From assembly GCA_030523425.1 (NCBI GenBank), contig JAUNIP010000003.1:11245-75244 (forward strand): 64,000 nucleotides of DNA, given 5' to 3'. Each line of letters begins with the position of its first letter. Position 1 is the first letter of the stretch. The stretch is from Coriobacteriia bacterium. GTDB taxonomy: Bacteria; Actinomycetota; Coriobacteriia; Coriobacteriales; Eggerthellaceae. Below are positions 48,763 to 57,519 of this stretch, one piece after another. The notes under the pieces are model-generated. The model made no database searches. It was not told the origin of the DNA and worked only from the letters and a program-made list of their open reading frames with translations. A program made the position numbers and the translations under genes.

Positions 48763-50976
48763 TTAATCCCACAGGGAAAGGGCGGTGCCGGCGCTGGGCA
48801 GGGTGTGGGTGCGGAACTTTTCGGGGTTGGTGCCTTGCTCTAGGAAGGTTGCCGCGGGGCCGGCGCCGGTTAGGGTGCGGCCCTTCTTGGGGGTCATGCC
48901 GCGCACGCCTTGGGTGGAATTGGTGGTCTTGGTCAGCAGGATGGACGTGTTGAACACCACCAGGTTGCCGTCGCTGGTGGAAAAGGCCACGTCAAGGTCT
49001 TCCTTGAAGGGCATGGCGAACACCAAGCGCGCGCCGTCGTACACGGCATTCTTCAGCTTCTTGCGGTTTTGCTTCGTTTGGTAGGCCGAAGTGGCAATGC
49101 GGCACACGCGCCCATCTTCGAAGAACAGCAGCACGCAGCCCGTGAAGTCGCCGGGGTCTACCACAAAGGCCATCTGCTCGCCGGCGTCCATTTCCAGCTT
49201 GGACGGCAAGAAGTCGCCCATGGCGGATGCCTTGCTGTCGGCGAAGTCCGCCAGACGGCACTTGTACACCTGCTTTTGGCTGGCGAACACCAACAGTTCA
49301 CGCGCGTTCGAGCTTTCAAATTGCGTCAGCAACGCGTCGCCTTCCTTGAACTTCTGTTCCCCGGCGTTGCGCATAGACTTTTCGGGAATCTTCTTCAGGT
49401 AGCCGTCTTCGGAAACCACTACGGTCACAGGGTAGTCTTCCACCTGCGGCGTGTCGTCTACTTCGGGCACGTCTTCGGCGGCCACCAAGCCGGTGCGCCG
49501 CGGCACCACGTGGTTTTTGTTCACGGTGGCCAAGGCGTCGCACACCACCTTGCGCTGCAGGCGTTCGCTGCCCAGAATCTTTTCCAGCTTGGCTATGGCT
49601 TCGCTCAGTTCGGCAATTTCTTTCGTGCGGTTCAGAATGTACTCTTCGTTGATGTTGCGCAGCCTGATGTCCGCCACGAATTCCGCTTGCACCTGGTCAA
49701 TGCCGAAGCCGGCCATCAGGTTAGGCACCACGTCGGCTTCCAGCTTCGTGTGGCGAATGATGCGGATGGCTTCGTCAATGTCTAGCAGAATGGCTTCCAA
49801 GCCCTGCAGCAGGTGCAGCTTTTCGGCCTTCTTGTCGCGTTCGTAAGCGGTGGTGCGGCGCACGGAATCCAGGCGCCACGCAATCCACTTGTCCAAGATT
49901 TCGCGCACGCCCATTACCTTGGGGTAGCCGTCAACCAGTATGTTGAAGTTGCAGTTGTAGGTGTCCTGCAGCGGAGTGCTCTTGAACAGCTTGCCCATCA
50001 GCGCTTCGGGGTCTACGCCGCGCTTTAGGTCTATGGCTATGCGCAAACCGCCCAGGTCGGTTTCGTCGCGGATGTCGCTGACTTCCTTCAGCTTGCCGGC
50101 CTTGGAAAGCGCCACCACGCGTTCAATAATCTTGTCGGTGCTGGTGGTGTGGGGGATTTCGTATACTTCTATGATGCGTTCCTTAGGCTGCCAGCGCCAG
50201 CGGGAACGCACGCTGAAGCCGCCGCGGCCCGTGGCATAGATTTGCTCCATCTGGGCGCGGTCGTAAATGATTTCGCCGCCAGTGGAAAAATCGGGCGCCG
50301 GCATGGCGCTGAACAGGTCAAACGCGGGGTCTTTGATGTAGCCGATGGCGGCTTCGCACACCTCGTTCAAGTTGAAGCCGCAAATTTCGGAAGCCATGCC
50401 CACGGCAATGCCGGAATTTTGCGACACCAGCACGTTGGGGAAGGTGGTGGGCAACAGACGCGGCTCGGTGGTGGTGCCGTCGTAGCTGTCCACGAAATCC
50501 ACGGGGTCTTTATCGATGTCACGGAAGATTTCCGCGCAGATGGGCGCCAACTTCGCTTCGGTGTAGCGCGAAGCGGCATAGCTCATGTCGTTGGAATAGC
50601 ATTTGCCGAAGTTGCCCTTCGATTCCACAAACGGCGCCACCAAGGCTTCGTTTCCCGTGGTCAGGCGCACCATGGTTTCGTAAATGGCGGCGTCCCCGTG
50701 GGGGTTCAGCTTCATGGTTTGGCCCACGATGTTCGCGCTTTTCTGCCGCGCGCCCTTCAGCAGGCCCATCTTGTACATGGTGTACAGCAGCTTGCGGTGC
50801 GAAGGCTTGAAGCCGTCGATTTCCGGGATGGCGCGGGACACGATGACGCTCATGGCGTAGGGCATGTAATTGGTTTCCAGCGTTTCGGTGATGGGCTGGT
50901 CTAACACGGCCGAATGCAGGCCTACCACGTTAGGGTTGTCGTAGTGCTTGGTTTCGGGTTTCTTCTTGCGTGCCAT
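48763..50976 (-). CDS. Type IIA topoisomerase subunit A (ParC/GyrA family; length and short C-terminal domain favour ParC-like)
   Basis: DGFKPSHRKLLY, NPHGDAAIYETMVRL, catalytic-Tyr context AASRYTEAKL. 737 aa. Confidence 0.85.
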   Translation of the reverse strand: MARKKKPETKHYDNPNVVGLHSAVLDQPITETLETNYMPYAMSVIVSRAIPEIDGFKPSHRKLLYTMYKMGLLKGARQKSANIVGQTMKLNPHGDAAIYETMVRLTTGNEALVAPFVESKGNFGKCYSNDMSYAASRYTEAKLAPICAEIFRDIDKDPVDFVDSYDGTTTEPRLLPTTFPNVLVSQNSGIAVGMASEICGFNLNEVCEAAIGYIKDPAFDLFSAMPAPDFSTGGEIIYDRAQMEQIYATGRGGFSVRSRWRWQPKERIIEVYEIPHTTSTDKIIERVVALSKAGKLKEVSDIRDETDLGGLRIAIDLKRGVDPEALMGKLFKSTPLQDTYNCNFNILVDGYPKVMGVREILDKWIAWRLDSVRRTTAYERDKKAEKLHLLQGLEAILLDIDEAIRIIRHTKLEADVVPNLMAGFGIDQVQAEFVADIRLRNINEEYILNRTKEIAELSEAIAKLEKILGSERLQRKVVCDALATVNKNHVVPRRTGLVAAEDVPEVDDTPQVEDYPVTVVVSEDGYLKKIPEKSMRNAGEQKFKEGDALLTQFESSNARELLVFASQKQVYKCRLADFADSKASAMGDFLPSKLEMDAGEQMAFVVDPGDFTGCVLLFFEDGRVCRIATSAYQTKQNRKKLKNAVYDGARLVFAMPFKEDLDVAFSTSDGNLVVFNTSILLTKTTNSTQGVRGMTPKKGRTLTGAGPAATFLEQGTNPEKFRTHTLPSAGTALSLWD

Positions 50977-50988
50977 GCTTCCCCCTTC

Positions 50989-52983
50989 CTACGACAAATC
51001 CAGCTGGTCAAGGTATTCGCGGCCGTGCTGCGCAATGTGCTGCTTGCGCCCTTCCAAGTTGTTGCCCAACAGCAGGTCGAACACTTCGGCCATGCGCACG
51101 GCGTCTTCAGGCAGCACGCGAATAAGGCGCCGCGTTTCGGGGTTCATGGTGGTCATCCACATCATGTCCGGGTTGTTTTCGCCTAGGCCCTTCGACCGGT
51201 TGATGGTCACCTTTTGGCCTTCCAGCTTGGCTAACACCTGGGCCTTTTCGCCGTCGGAATACGCGAAGTACGTTTTGCCCTTGCATTCCATTTCATACAG
51301 CGGCGATTCCGCGATGTACACATACCCTTCGCGAATCAGCGTGGGCACCAAGCGGTAGAGCATGGTTAAGATGAGCGTGCGGATTTGGAAGCCGTCCACG
51401 TCGGCGTCGGTGCAGATGATCACCTTGTTCCAGCGCAGGGTTTTCAGGTTGAAGGCACCCAAATCCTTCAGGCGCTTGTCCTTCACTTCCACGCCGCAGC
51501 CCAACACGCGCAGCAAATCCGTAATAATTTCGGACTTGAAGATGGCAGGGTAGTCGGCCTTCAAGCAGTTTAAGATTTTGCCGCGCACGGGCATGATGCC
51601 CTGGAATTCCGCGTCCCGTGATTGGCGGCAGGCGCCGGCGGCCGAATCGCCTTCCACAATGTAGACTTCGCGCCGGCCGGCGTCTTTGCTGCGGCAATCC
51701 ATGAATTTCTGCACGCGGTTGGCCATGTCTGCCTTCACCTGCAGGTTGCTTTTGATGGACTGGCGCGTGCGTTCGGCACTTTCGCGTGAGCGCTTGTTCA
51801 CCAGCACCTGATCCACAATCTTTTCGGCGTCCTTGGGGTTTTCCACCAAATACGTGGCTACGGACGTTTTGATGAAGTCGGTCATGGCTTGCTGGATGAA
51901 CTTGTTGTTGATGGCCTTTTTCGTTTGGTTTTCATACGACGTCTGCGTGGAGAAGCAGTTGGTCACCAGCACCAGGCTGTCTTGCACGTCCTGCCACTTC
52001 ACGGCCTGTTCGTTTTTGTTGTATTTGCCCAGCTTCTTGATGTGGGCATCCAACGCGCCGGTAAACGCGCTGCGCGCGGCCTTTTCCGGCGACCCGCCGT
52101 TTTCCAGCCAACTGGAATTGTGATAGTACTCCTGCACGCTTTTCGTGCGGGAAAAGCAGAAGCAGGCGTTAATCTTCACGCGGTAATCCGGCAAGTCTTC
52201 GCGGTCGCGGCCCTTGCGTTCGGCCGAAATGCCGTGGGGTTCCGTCAGATATTCTTGGTTCGCCAGCTCCAACACGTAATCCGAAATGCCATGGGCATAG
52301 CAATACTGCGTTTCTTCGAATTCCAGGCCGCGTTGGAAGCGCAGCACGAAATGCACGTTGGCGTTCACCACGGCCTGGCGGCGCATGGTTTCTTGGAACC
52401 ACTCTTCCGGGATGTCCACTTCGGTGAACACTTCGGAATCGGGCCGCCACGTGATGGTGGTGCCGGTGGCGGTTTGCGGGCAGTCTTCCACCTTCAGGGC
52501 GTTTTTCTTGGCGCCGACCACCTTGCCCTTCTTGAAGTGCAGTTCAAAGCGCTTGTTTTCGCGGTGCACCACCACGTCCATGTATTCGGAAGCGTACTGC
52601 GTGGCGCACGACCCCAAGCCGTTGGTGCCCAACGAATAGTCGTATTGGCCGCCGGCGTTGTTTTCGTACTTGCCGCCCGCATACAGTTCGCAGAAGACCA
52701 GTTCCCAGTTCCAGCGTTTTTCCGCAGGGTTCCAGTCAAGCGGGCAGCCGCGCCCGTGGTCTTCCACGCAAATGGAGCCGTCTTCGAAGACCGTCAGCGT
52801 GATGACGCTGCCGTGCCCTTCGCGTGCTTCGTCCACCGAATTGGACAGGATTTCGAACACTGAATGCTGGCAACCTTCCAGGCCATCCGACCCGAAAATA
52901 ACCGCTGGCTTTTTGCGTACGCGTTCTTCGTCTTTTAGCAGTTGGATACTGTCATTGCCATAGTTGGCAGCTGTTTTTGCCAT
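50989..52983 (-). CDS. Type IIA topoisomerase subunit B (ParE/GyrB family)
   Basis: GHKL N-box EILSNSVDEA, Toprim YIVEGDSAAG, PVRGKILN, and DADVDGFQI. Confidence 0.9.
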   Translation of the reverse strand: MAKTAANYGNDSIQLLKDEERVRKKPAVIFGSDGLEGCQHSVFEILSNSVDEAREGHGSVITLTVFEDGSICVEDHGRGCPLDWNPAEKRWNWELVFCELYAGGKYENNAGGQYDYSLGTNGLGSCATQYASEYMDVVVHRENKRFELHFKKGKVVGAKKNALKVEDCPQTATGTTITWRPDSEVFTEVDIPEEWFQETMRRQAVVNANVHFVLRFQRGLEFEETQYCYAHGISDYVLELANQEYLTEPHGISAERKGRDREDLPDYRVKINACFCFSRTKSVQEYYHNSSWLENGGSPEKAARSAFTGALDAHIKKLGKYNKNEQAVKWQDVQDSLVLVTNCFSTQTSYENQTKKAINNKFIQQAMTDFIKTSVATYLVENPKDAEKIVDQVLVNKRSRESAERTRQSIKSNLQVKADMANRVQKFMDCRSKDAGRREVYIVEGDSAAGACRQSRDAEFQGIMPVRGKILNCLKADYPAIFKSEIITDLLRVLGCGVEVKDKRLKDLGAFNLKTLRWNKVIICTDADVDGFQIRTLILTMLYRLVPTLIREGYVYIAESPLYEMECKGKTYFAYSDGEKAQVLAKLEGQKVTINRSKGLGENNPDMMWMTTMNPETRRLIRVLPEDAVRMAEVFDLLLGNNLEGRKQHIAQHGREYLDQLDLS

Positions 52984-53107
52984 ACCACTCCCTGGGACTT
53001 GTAAGCTTTCATTGGAATGATTGATGCTTATATTTTACCATGTCCCGCCCCCAAACGGTATGAAAATGCGGCCCTGTTCCGCCCTTTAGCGGAAGGTAAA
53101 ACCGGGC

Positions 53108-53865
53108 GGTTGTGTCACCTAAATCGAAGGCCGGAAAGCGCCGTAGTGGAGAGGTCTACTCCGGAGTGTGGACCGCTCGCATTGGGCGTGCGCCCGGGGC
53201 GCGCCCCGGGGCGCTGCGCTGGGGGTTTAGGGCAAGGAAAGAAGGGCAGGTTGCTTGGGGCCGGGACCCTCGCCTTTCGGCGACGCGGGCGGGTTCGAGG
53301 TTGCGGGGCCGGGGGTGCCGGCGCTTCCTGGCGGGCCCCGTATCGCCCCTTTCGCCCGGGGCCGACGAAAGGGGCCGATTCCCGCGTTTTCGGGGTCTTC
53401 TTGCACTAAGAAGTGCGTTCGGGGCCGACGAAGGGCTCGCGGCGGCGCGGGGAATGCGGGTAACCAGCCAGCGTCCGGAAGGCTACACCTTCCTGAACTG
53501 CGGTTTTCTTCGGGTGGCGAATTGCGGCGCCCATGAGGGCTTCGGGATTAGGTCTGTTTTGCCCGCCCCTGCGGGCCTTCGTCGGCCCCGAACGAAGCAG
53601 GCTGTACGCAAGGCGGCCGAAACGCTCGGTTTCCGCGCCCTTCGTCGGCCCCGAGCGCGCAACCCCGTACCTGCCCGCGTCGCCGAAAGGCCAGGGTCCA
53701 TGCCCCAAGCAACCCGCCCTTCTTTCTTTGCCCTAAGAACCCTGCTGTAGTGCGCCCATCACGCCTCATGCGCTCTACCAACGCAAGCGGTTAAACCTCC
53801 GAAACAGATTTTTCCGCTTTGTCGGCTCCGGCTGCAATGACTGGGCGAATGCCTTCGGCGCTTGC
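53108..53865. repeat. Nested palindromic repeat locus 2 (same architecture as locus 1); boundaries approximate
   Basis: Outer module ~53120-53228 versus its reverse complement at ~53735-53840. Arm TTAGGGCAAGGAAAGAAGGGCAGGTTGCTTGGGGCCGGGACCCTCGCCTTTCGGCGACGCGGGCGG (53227-53292) versus its reverse complement at ~53668-53737. Inner box GGGGCCGACGAA(A/G)GG is forward at 53358 and 53421, and reverse at 53573 and 53637. Confidence 0.8.
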
Positions 53866-54018
53866 ACTTGGAAGCGCGGGACGCACGCGCGATTGGGACA
53901 CACAGCAACGGTTTTGCGTGAGTTGGCTGATTGCGGGCCAAATACTGTGCAAGGGCGTGGGCTTTTGCTAGACTGGATGGGCTATCCCGCCCCAAGTCTC
54001 CTAGAAAGCGAAATTCCC

Positions 54019-54735
54019 ATGCGCATACACAGCAACATGTGCTCGTTGATCTGGAAGCTCATCATGATCGTGGTGGGCGGGTACACCCTGTTCACGCAGG
54101 TGTTTCCTGCGGATGTTGGTTTCAACGTGGTGTTTTTCCATTACTTCACCAACCTTTCTGGCCTGCTGTTGGTGTTTTACCTGGTGGCGGACCTTATTGC
54201 CGTGGCTGCGTGCGGCAAGCAAGGCGAAGCTGCCAGCGTAACTTTGGCGCGTCCGCTGCTGCCGGGGCTGAAGCACGCTATAACCTTGTCCATCATGGTC
54301 ACGGGCTTGGTGGGGCATTTCATGCTGTTCGACAAGCTGTTTGAGGGCGGGTTCTTGCATGGCGAATTGGTGGTGCTGCACTACATGATCCCCATCATGT
54401 TCTTGCTGGATTGGCTGTTGTTCGATGAAAAGGGCACCATGACCTGGAAGGGTCCCATCGGCTGGCTGGGCATCCCGCTGCTGTATTTCGCGGGCGTGAT
54501 AGCCGTTGTGCAGCTGACGGGCCTGGGGCTGGGCATGGACTGGGCGGCCGCCAGCGCCGCCGGCACCGCTGTGGTGGGCCAGGTTTCGCGCTACCCGTAC
54601 TTCTTCATAGATTTGGACGCGCTAGGCATCGGCGGCGTGGCGCTGTATGTTGTGGTCCTGCTGGCTGTGTTTGCGGCCTTGGGGTATGTGCTGGTGCTGA
54701 TAGACCGCCTTATGGCCAAACACGCGAAGAAGTAG
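54019..54735 (+). CDS. Polytopic membrane protein of unknown function (possibly Pr6Pr/FAR-17a-like)
   Basis: Start taken at MRIHSNMCSLIWKL. Six hydrophobic segments. Family guess is from memory only. Confidence 0.5.
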   Translation: MRIHSNMCSLIWKLIMIVVGGYTLFTQVFPADVGFNVVFFHYFTNLSGLLLVFYLVADLIAVAACGKQGEAASVTLARPLLPGLKHAITLSIMVTGLVGHFMLFDKLFEGGFLHGELVVLHYMIPIMFLLDWLLFDEKGTMTWKGPIGWLGIPLLYFAGVIAVVQLTGLGLGMDWAAASAAGTAVVGQVSRYPYFFIDLDALGIGGVALYVVVLLAVFAALGYVLVLIDRLMAKHAKK

Positions 54736-54750
54736 GCGCGCAAGGCAACC

Positions 54751-54960
54751 ATGATACGCGGCATCGGTGTGGACATGGTGCAGGTAAGCGAACTGACGCG
54801 CATGCTGGAAGGCGTGACTGCTGGTGCCTTATGGCTCAAGCCGCCGTGGAAACCCTGCGCATCTTCCAGACCACCGAAGGCGACTTCGCCTGCGCCTTCT
54901 GCGTGGCCGAAGGGTAACGGCAAGCTGCGCTTGTCTGCTAAAGGCTTAGGGGGGGGGTGA
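54751..54960 (+). pseudogene. Probable remnant of a holo-ACP synthase (acpS-like) gene
   Basis: The first 20 aa, MIRGIGVDMVQVSELTRMLE, match the AcpS N-terminal pattern (MI.GIG.D.V...R). The rest is short (69 codons versus ~120 expected). AcpS-like fragments (AAVE..., NGKLRLSAKGL) are scattered over two frames. Confidence 0.4.
54949..54957. repeat. G9 homopolymer 7 nt upstream of the hydE start codon
   Basis: ...GGCTTAGGGGGGGGGTGAGACCATG...: nine consecutive G at 54949-54957, and the hydE ATG at 54965. Confidence 0.95.
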
Positions 54961-54964
54961 GACC

Positions 54965-56041
54965 ATGCAGCACTTGTTGGACAAGCTGGCGCGCACGCAT
55001 AGCTTGGAGCAGGGCGAATACGATGCTCTGTTGCGCGGGCGCACGCCAGATTTGCAGCAGCAGGCGGCGGAACTGGCTGCTGCGCAACGCCAGCGGGTGT
55101 TCGGCAGCAAAGTGTACACGCGTGGGCTCATAGAGATTTCCAACTACTGCAAGAACAACTGCCGCTACTGCGGCATCCGCGCGGAAAACAACACCTGCGA
55201 ACGCTACCGCCTGGACGAAGACACCATCTTGGCCTGCGCGGCGGAGGGCTACCGGTTGGGATTTCGCACTTTCGTGCTGCAGGGTGGGGAAGACCCGTGG
55301 TTCACCGACCAGCGTCTGTGCCGCATTGTGAGCGCCCTGCGCGCCGCGTATCCGGATTGCGCCATCACGCTTTCAGTGGGCGAGCGCAGCCGGATGAGCT
55401 ATGCGGCGCTGCGCGAAGCGGGAGCCGACCGCTATCTGCTGCGTCACGAAACCGCCGACCCTGCCCATTACGCGGCCCTGCATCCGGCAAGCATGCGCTT
55501 TAACAACCGCATGCAGTGCCTGCGGGACCTGCGCGCCGTGGGCTTTGTGGTGGGCGCCGGCTTCATGGTGGGCACACCCGGGCAAACACCTGCCCAGTTG
55601 GCGGCTGACCTGCGCTTTGTGCAGGAATTCCATCCCGAAATGTGTGGCATAGGGCCCTTCATCCCGCACCATGCTACGCCGTTTGCGCACGAAGCGGCCG
55701 GCAGCGTGGACCTTACGCTGTTCTGCCTTTCGCTTTTGCGCTTGGCATTGCCCAACGTGCTGCTGCCTGCCACCACGGCGTTAGGCACCGCCGCCGGTGA
55801 CGGGCGCGAACGGGGCATTTTGGCTGGCGCGAACGTGGTCATGCCCAACCTTTCGCCGCCTGCCGTGCGCAGCAAGTACGACCTGTATGACGGCAAGGCA
55901 AGCACCGGTGCTGAGGCCGCCGAAGGTATGGGCGAACTTGCAACGCGTATGCAATCTATTGGCGCTACACTGGTGGTCGACCGCGGCGACCCACCTGGTT
56001 GGACGTTCGGCAGCAGCACCTGCGCCGTGCGCATCACCTAG
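54965..56041 (+). CDS. hydE: [FeFe]-hydrogenase maturase HydE (radical SAM)
   Basis: Radical-SAM CKNNCRYCGIR with a biotin-synthase-like fold (FVLQGGEDP). Immediately upstream of hydG and hydF. Confidence 0.85.
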   Translation: MQHLLDKLARTHSLEQGEYDALLRGRTPDLQQQAAELAAAQRQRVFGSKVYTRGLIEISNYCKNNCRYCGIRAENNTCERYRLDEDTILACAAEGYRLGFRTFVLQGGEDPWFTDQRLCRIVSALRAAYPDCAITLSVGERSRMSYAALREAGADRYLLRHETADPAHYAALHPASMRFNNRMQCLRDLRAVGFVVGAGFMVGTPGQTPAQLAADLRFVQEFHPEMCGIGPFIPHHATPFAHEAAGSVDLTLFCLSLLRLALPNVLLPATTALGTAAGDGRERGILAGANVVMPNLSPPAVRSKYDLYDGKASTGAEAAEGMGELATRMQSIGATLVVDRGDPPGWTFGSSTCAVRIT

Positions 56042-56055
56042 CACTAAGGAACCCC

Positions 56056-57510
56056 ATGAGCGAATACCCCTACAACCCGAAAAGCCTGTGCGCAGACGAG
56101 TTCATCAACCACCAAGAAATCCTGGACACGCTGGAATACGCCGACGCCCACAAGAACGACCTGGACCTGTGCTACGCCATTCTGGACAAGGCCCGCGCGC
56201 ACCTGAAGCCTTCCAAGAATCACTGCGCCGTGATTACGCATCGCGAAGCCAGCGTGCTGTTGGCCTGCGAGGACCCCGGCGTGGAAGCCGCCCTCAAGCA
56301 GCTGGCGCGCGACATCAAGTTGGCCTACTACGGCAACCGCATCGTGCTGTTCGCGCCGCTGTACCTGTCCAACTACTGCGTGAACGGCTGCACGTACTGC
56401 CCGTACCACGCCAAGAACAAGCAAATCCCGCGCAAGAAGCTGACGCAGGACGAAATCCGCGCGGAAGTGATTGCCCTGCAGGACATGGGCCACAAGCGCC
56501 TGGCCATAGAAGCCGGCGAGCATCCTAAGGAAAACCCCATCGAATACATTTTGGAGTCCATGCGCACCATCTACTCCATCAAGCACAGAAACGGTGCCAT
56601 CCGCCGCGTGAACGTGAACATCGCGGCCACCACGGTGGATGAATATCGCATGCTCAAGGATGCCGAAATTGGCACCTACATTCTGTTCCAGGAAACCTAC
56701 CACAAGGAAGGCTACCTGGCGCTGCACCCATCAGGCCCCAAGCATGACTACAACTGGCACACCGAAGCCATGGACCGCGCCATGGAAGGCGGCATTGACG
56801 ACGTGGGGCTAGGCGTGCTGTTCGGACTGGACAAGTATCGCTACGAGCTGGCGGGGCTTATCATGCACGCCGAGCACCTGGAAGCTGTGCATGGCGTGGG
56901 GCCCCACACCATCAGCGTGCCGCGCCTGAAGCGGGCCAGCGACATCAACCCCGAAGACTTCGACAACGGCATCAGCGACGAGCTGTTCGAGAAGATCATC
57001 GCGCTCATCCGCGTGAGCGTGCCCTACACCGGCATGATCATTTCCACCCGGGAAAGTGAGGCCGTGCGGGAGCGGGCCCTGAAGTATGGCATTTCGCAGA
57101 TTTCCGGCGGCAGCCGCACCAGCGTGGGCGGCTACTTGGAAGAAGAGCGTCCGCACGATACGGAGCAGTTCGACGTGTCTGACCAACGCACGCTTGACGA
57201 AGTGATCAACTGGCTGATGAGCAATGACCACATTCCCAGCTTCTGCACAGCGTGCTACCGCGCGGGCCGCACGGGCGACCGCTTCATGGACTTCTGCAAA
57301 AACGGGCAGATCTTGAACTACTGCCACCCCAACGCGCTGATGACGCTGCAGGAATACTTAAGCGACTACGCTTCCGAAGACACGCGCCGCCGCGGCGAGG
57401 CGCTGATCGAGCGCGAGCTGCAACTGATTCCCGATGCGCGCGTGCATGACAAGTGCGTACAGCGCATCCAGGCCATCCGCGCGGGCGCCGGCCGCGACTT
57501 CCGGTTTTAA
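56056..57510 (+). CDS. hydG: [FeFe]-hydrogenase maturase HydG (radical SAM tyrosine lyase)
   Basis: ATG at 56056 (MSEYPYNPK). Radical-SAM CVNGCTYCPY. C-terminal CTAC followed 22 residues later by Cys (the CX2CX22C motif characteristic of HydG). Confidence 0.9.
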   Translation: MSEYPYNPKSLCADEFINHQEILDTLEYADAHKNDLDLCYAILDKARAHLKPSKNHCAVITHREASVLLACEDPGVEAALKQLARDIKLAYYGNRIVLFAPLYLSNYCVNGCTYCPYHAKNKQIPRKKLTQDEIRAEVIALQDMGHKRLAIEAGEHPKENPIEYILESMRTIYSIKHRNGAIRRVNVNIAATTVDEYRMLKDAEIGTYILFQETYHKEGYLALHPSGPKHDYNWHTEAMDRAMEGGIDDVGLGVLFGLDKYRYELAGLIMHAEHLEAVHGVGPHTISVPRLKRASDINPEDFDNGISDELFEKIIALIRVSVPYTGMIISTRESEAVRERALKYGISQISGGSRTSVGGYLEEERPHDTEQFDVSDQRTLDEVINWLMSNDHIPSFCTACYRAGRTGDRFMDFCKNGQILNYCHPNALMTLQEYLSDYASEDTRRRGEALIERELQLIPDARVHDKCVQRIQAIRAGAGRDFRF

Positions 57511-57519
57511 GGAGACCTT

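Noticed and set aside
48763-52983. Atypical or extra type IIA topoisomerase (the unusual DGFKPSHRKLLY motif) as a possible novelty
   Set aside because: All catalytic signatures are intact in both subunits and the gene order is standard. Without the rest of the genome I cannot tell whether it is an extra copy, so it is treated as ordinary housekeeping ParE/ParC-like genes.
53285-53300. tRNA-like GGTTCGAGG (T-arm-like) sequence
   Set aside because: There is no acceptor stem, anticodon arm or D-arm context. The sequence is part of the repeat arm of locus 2.
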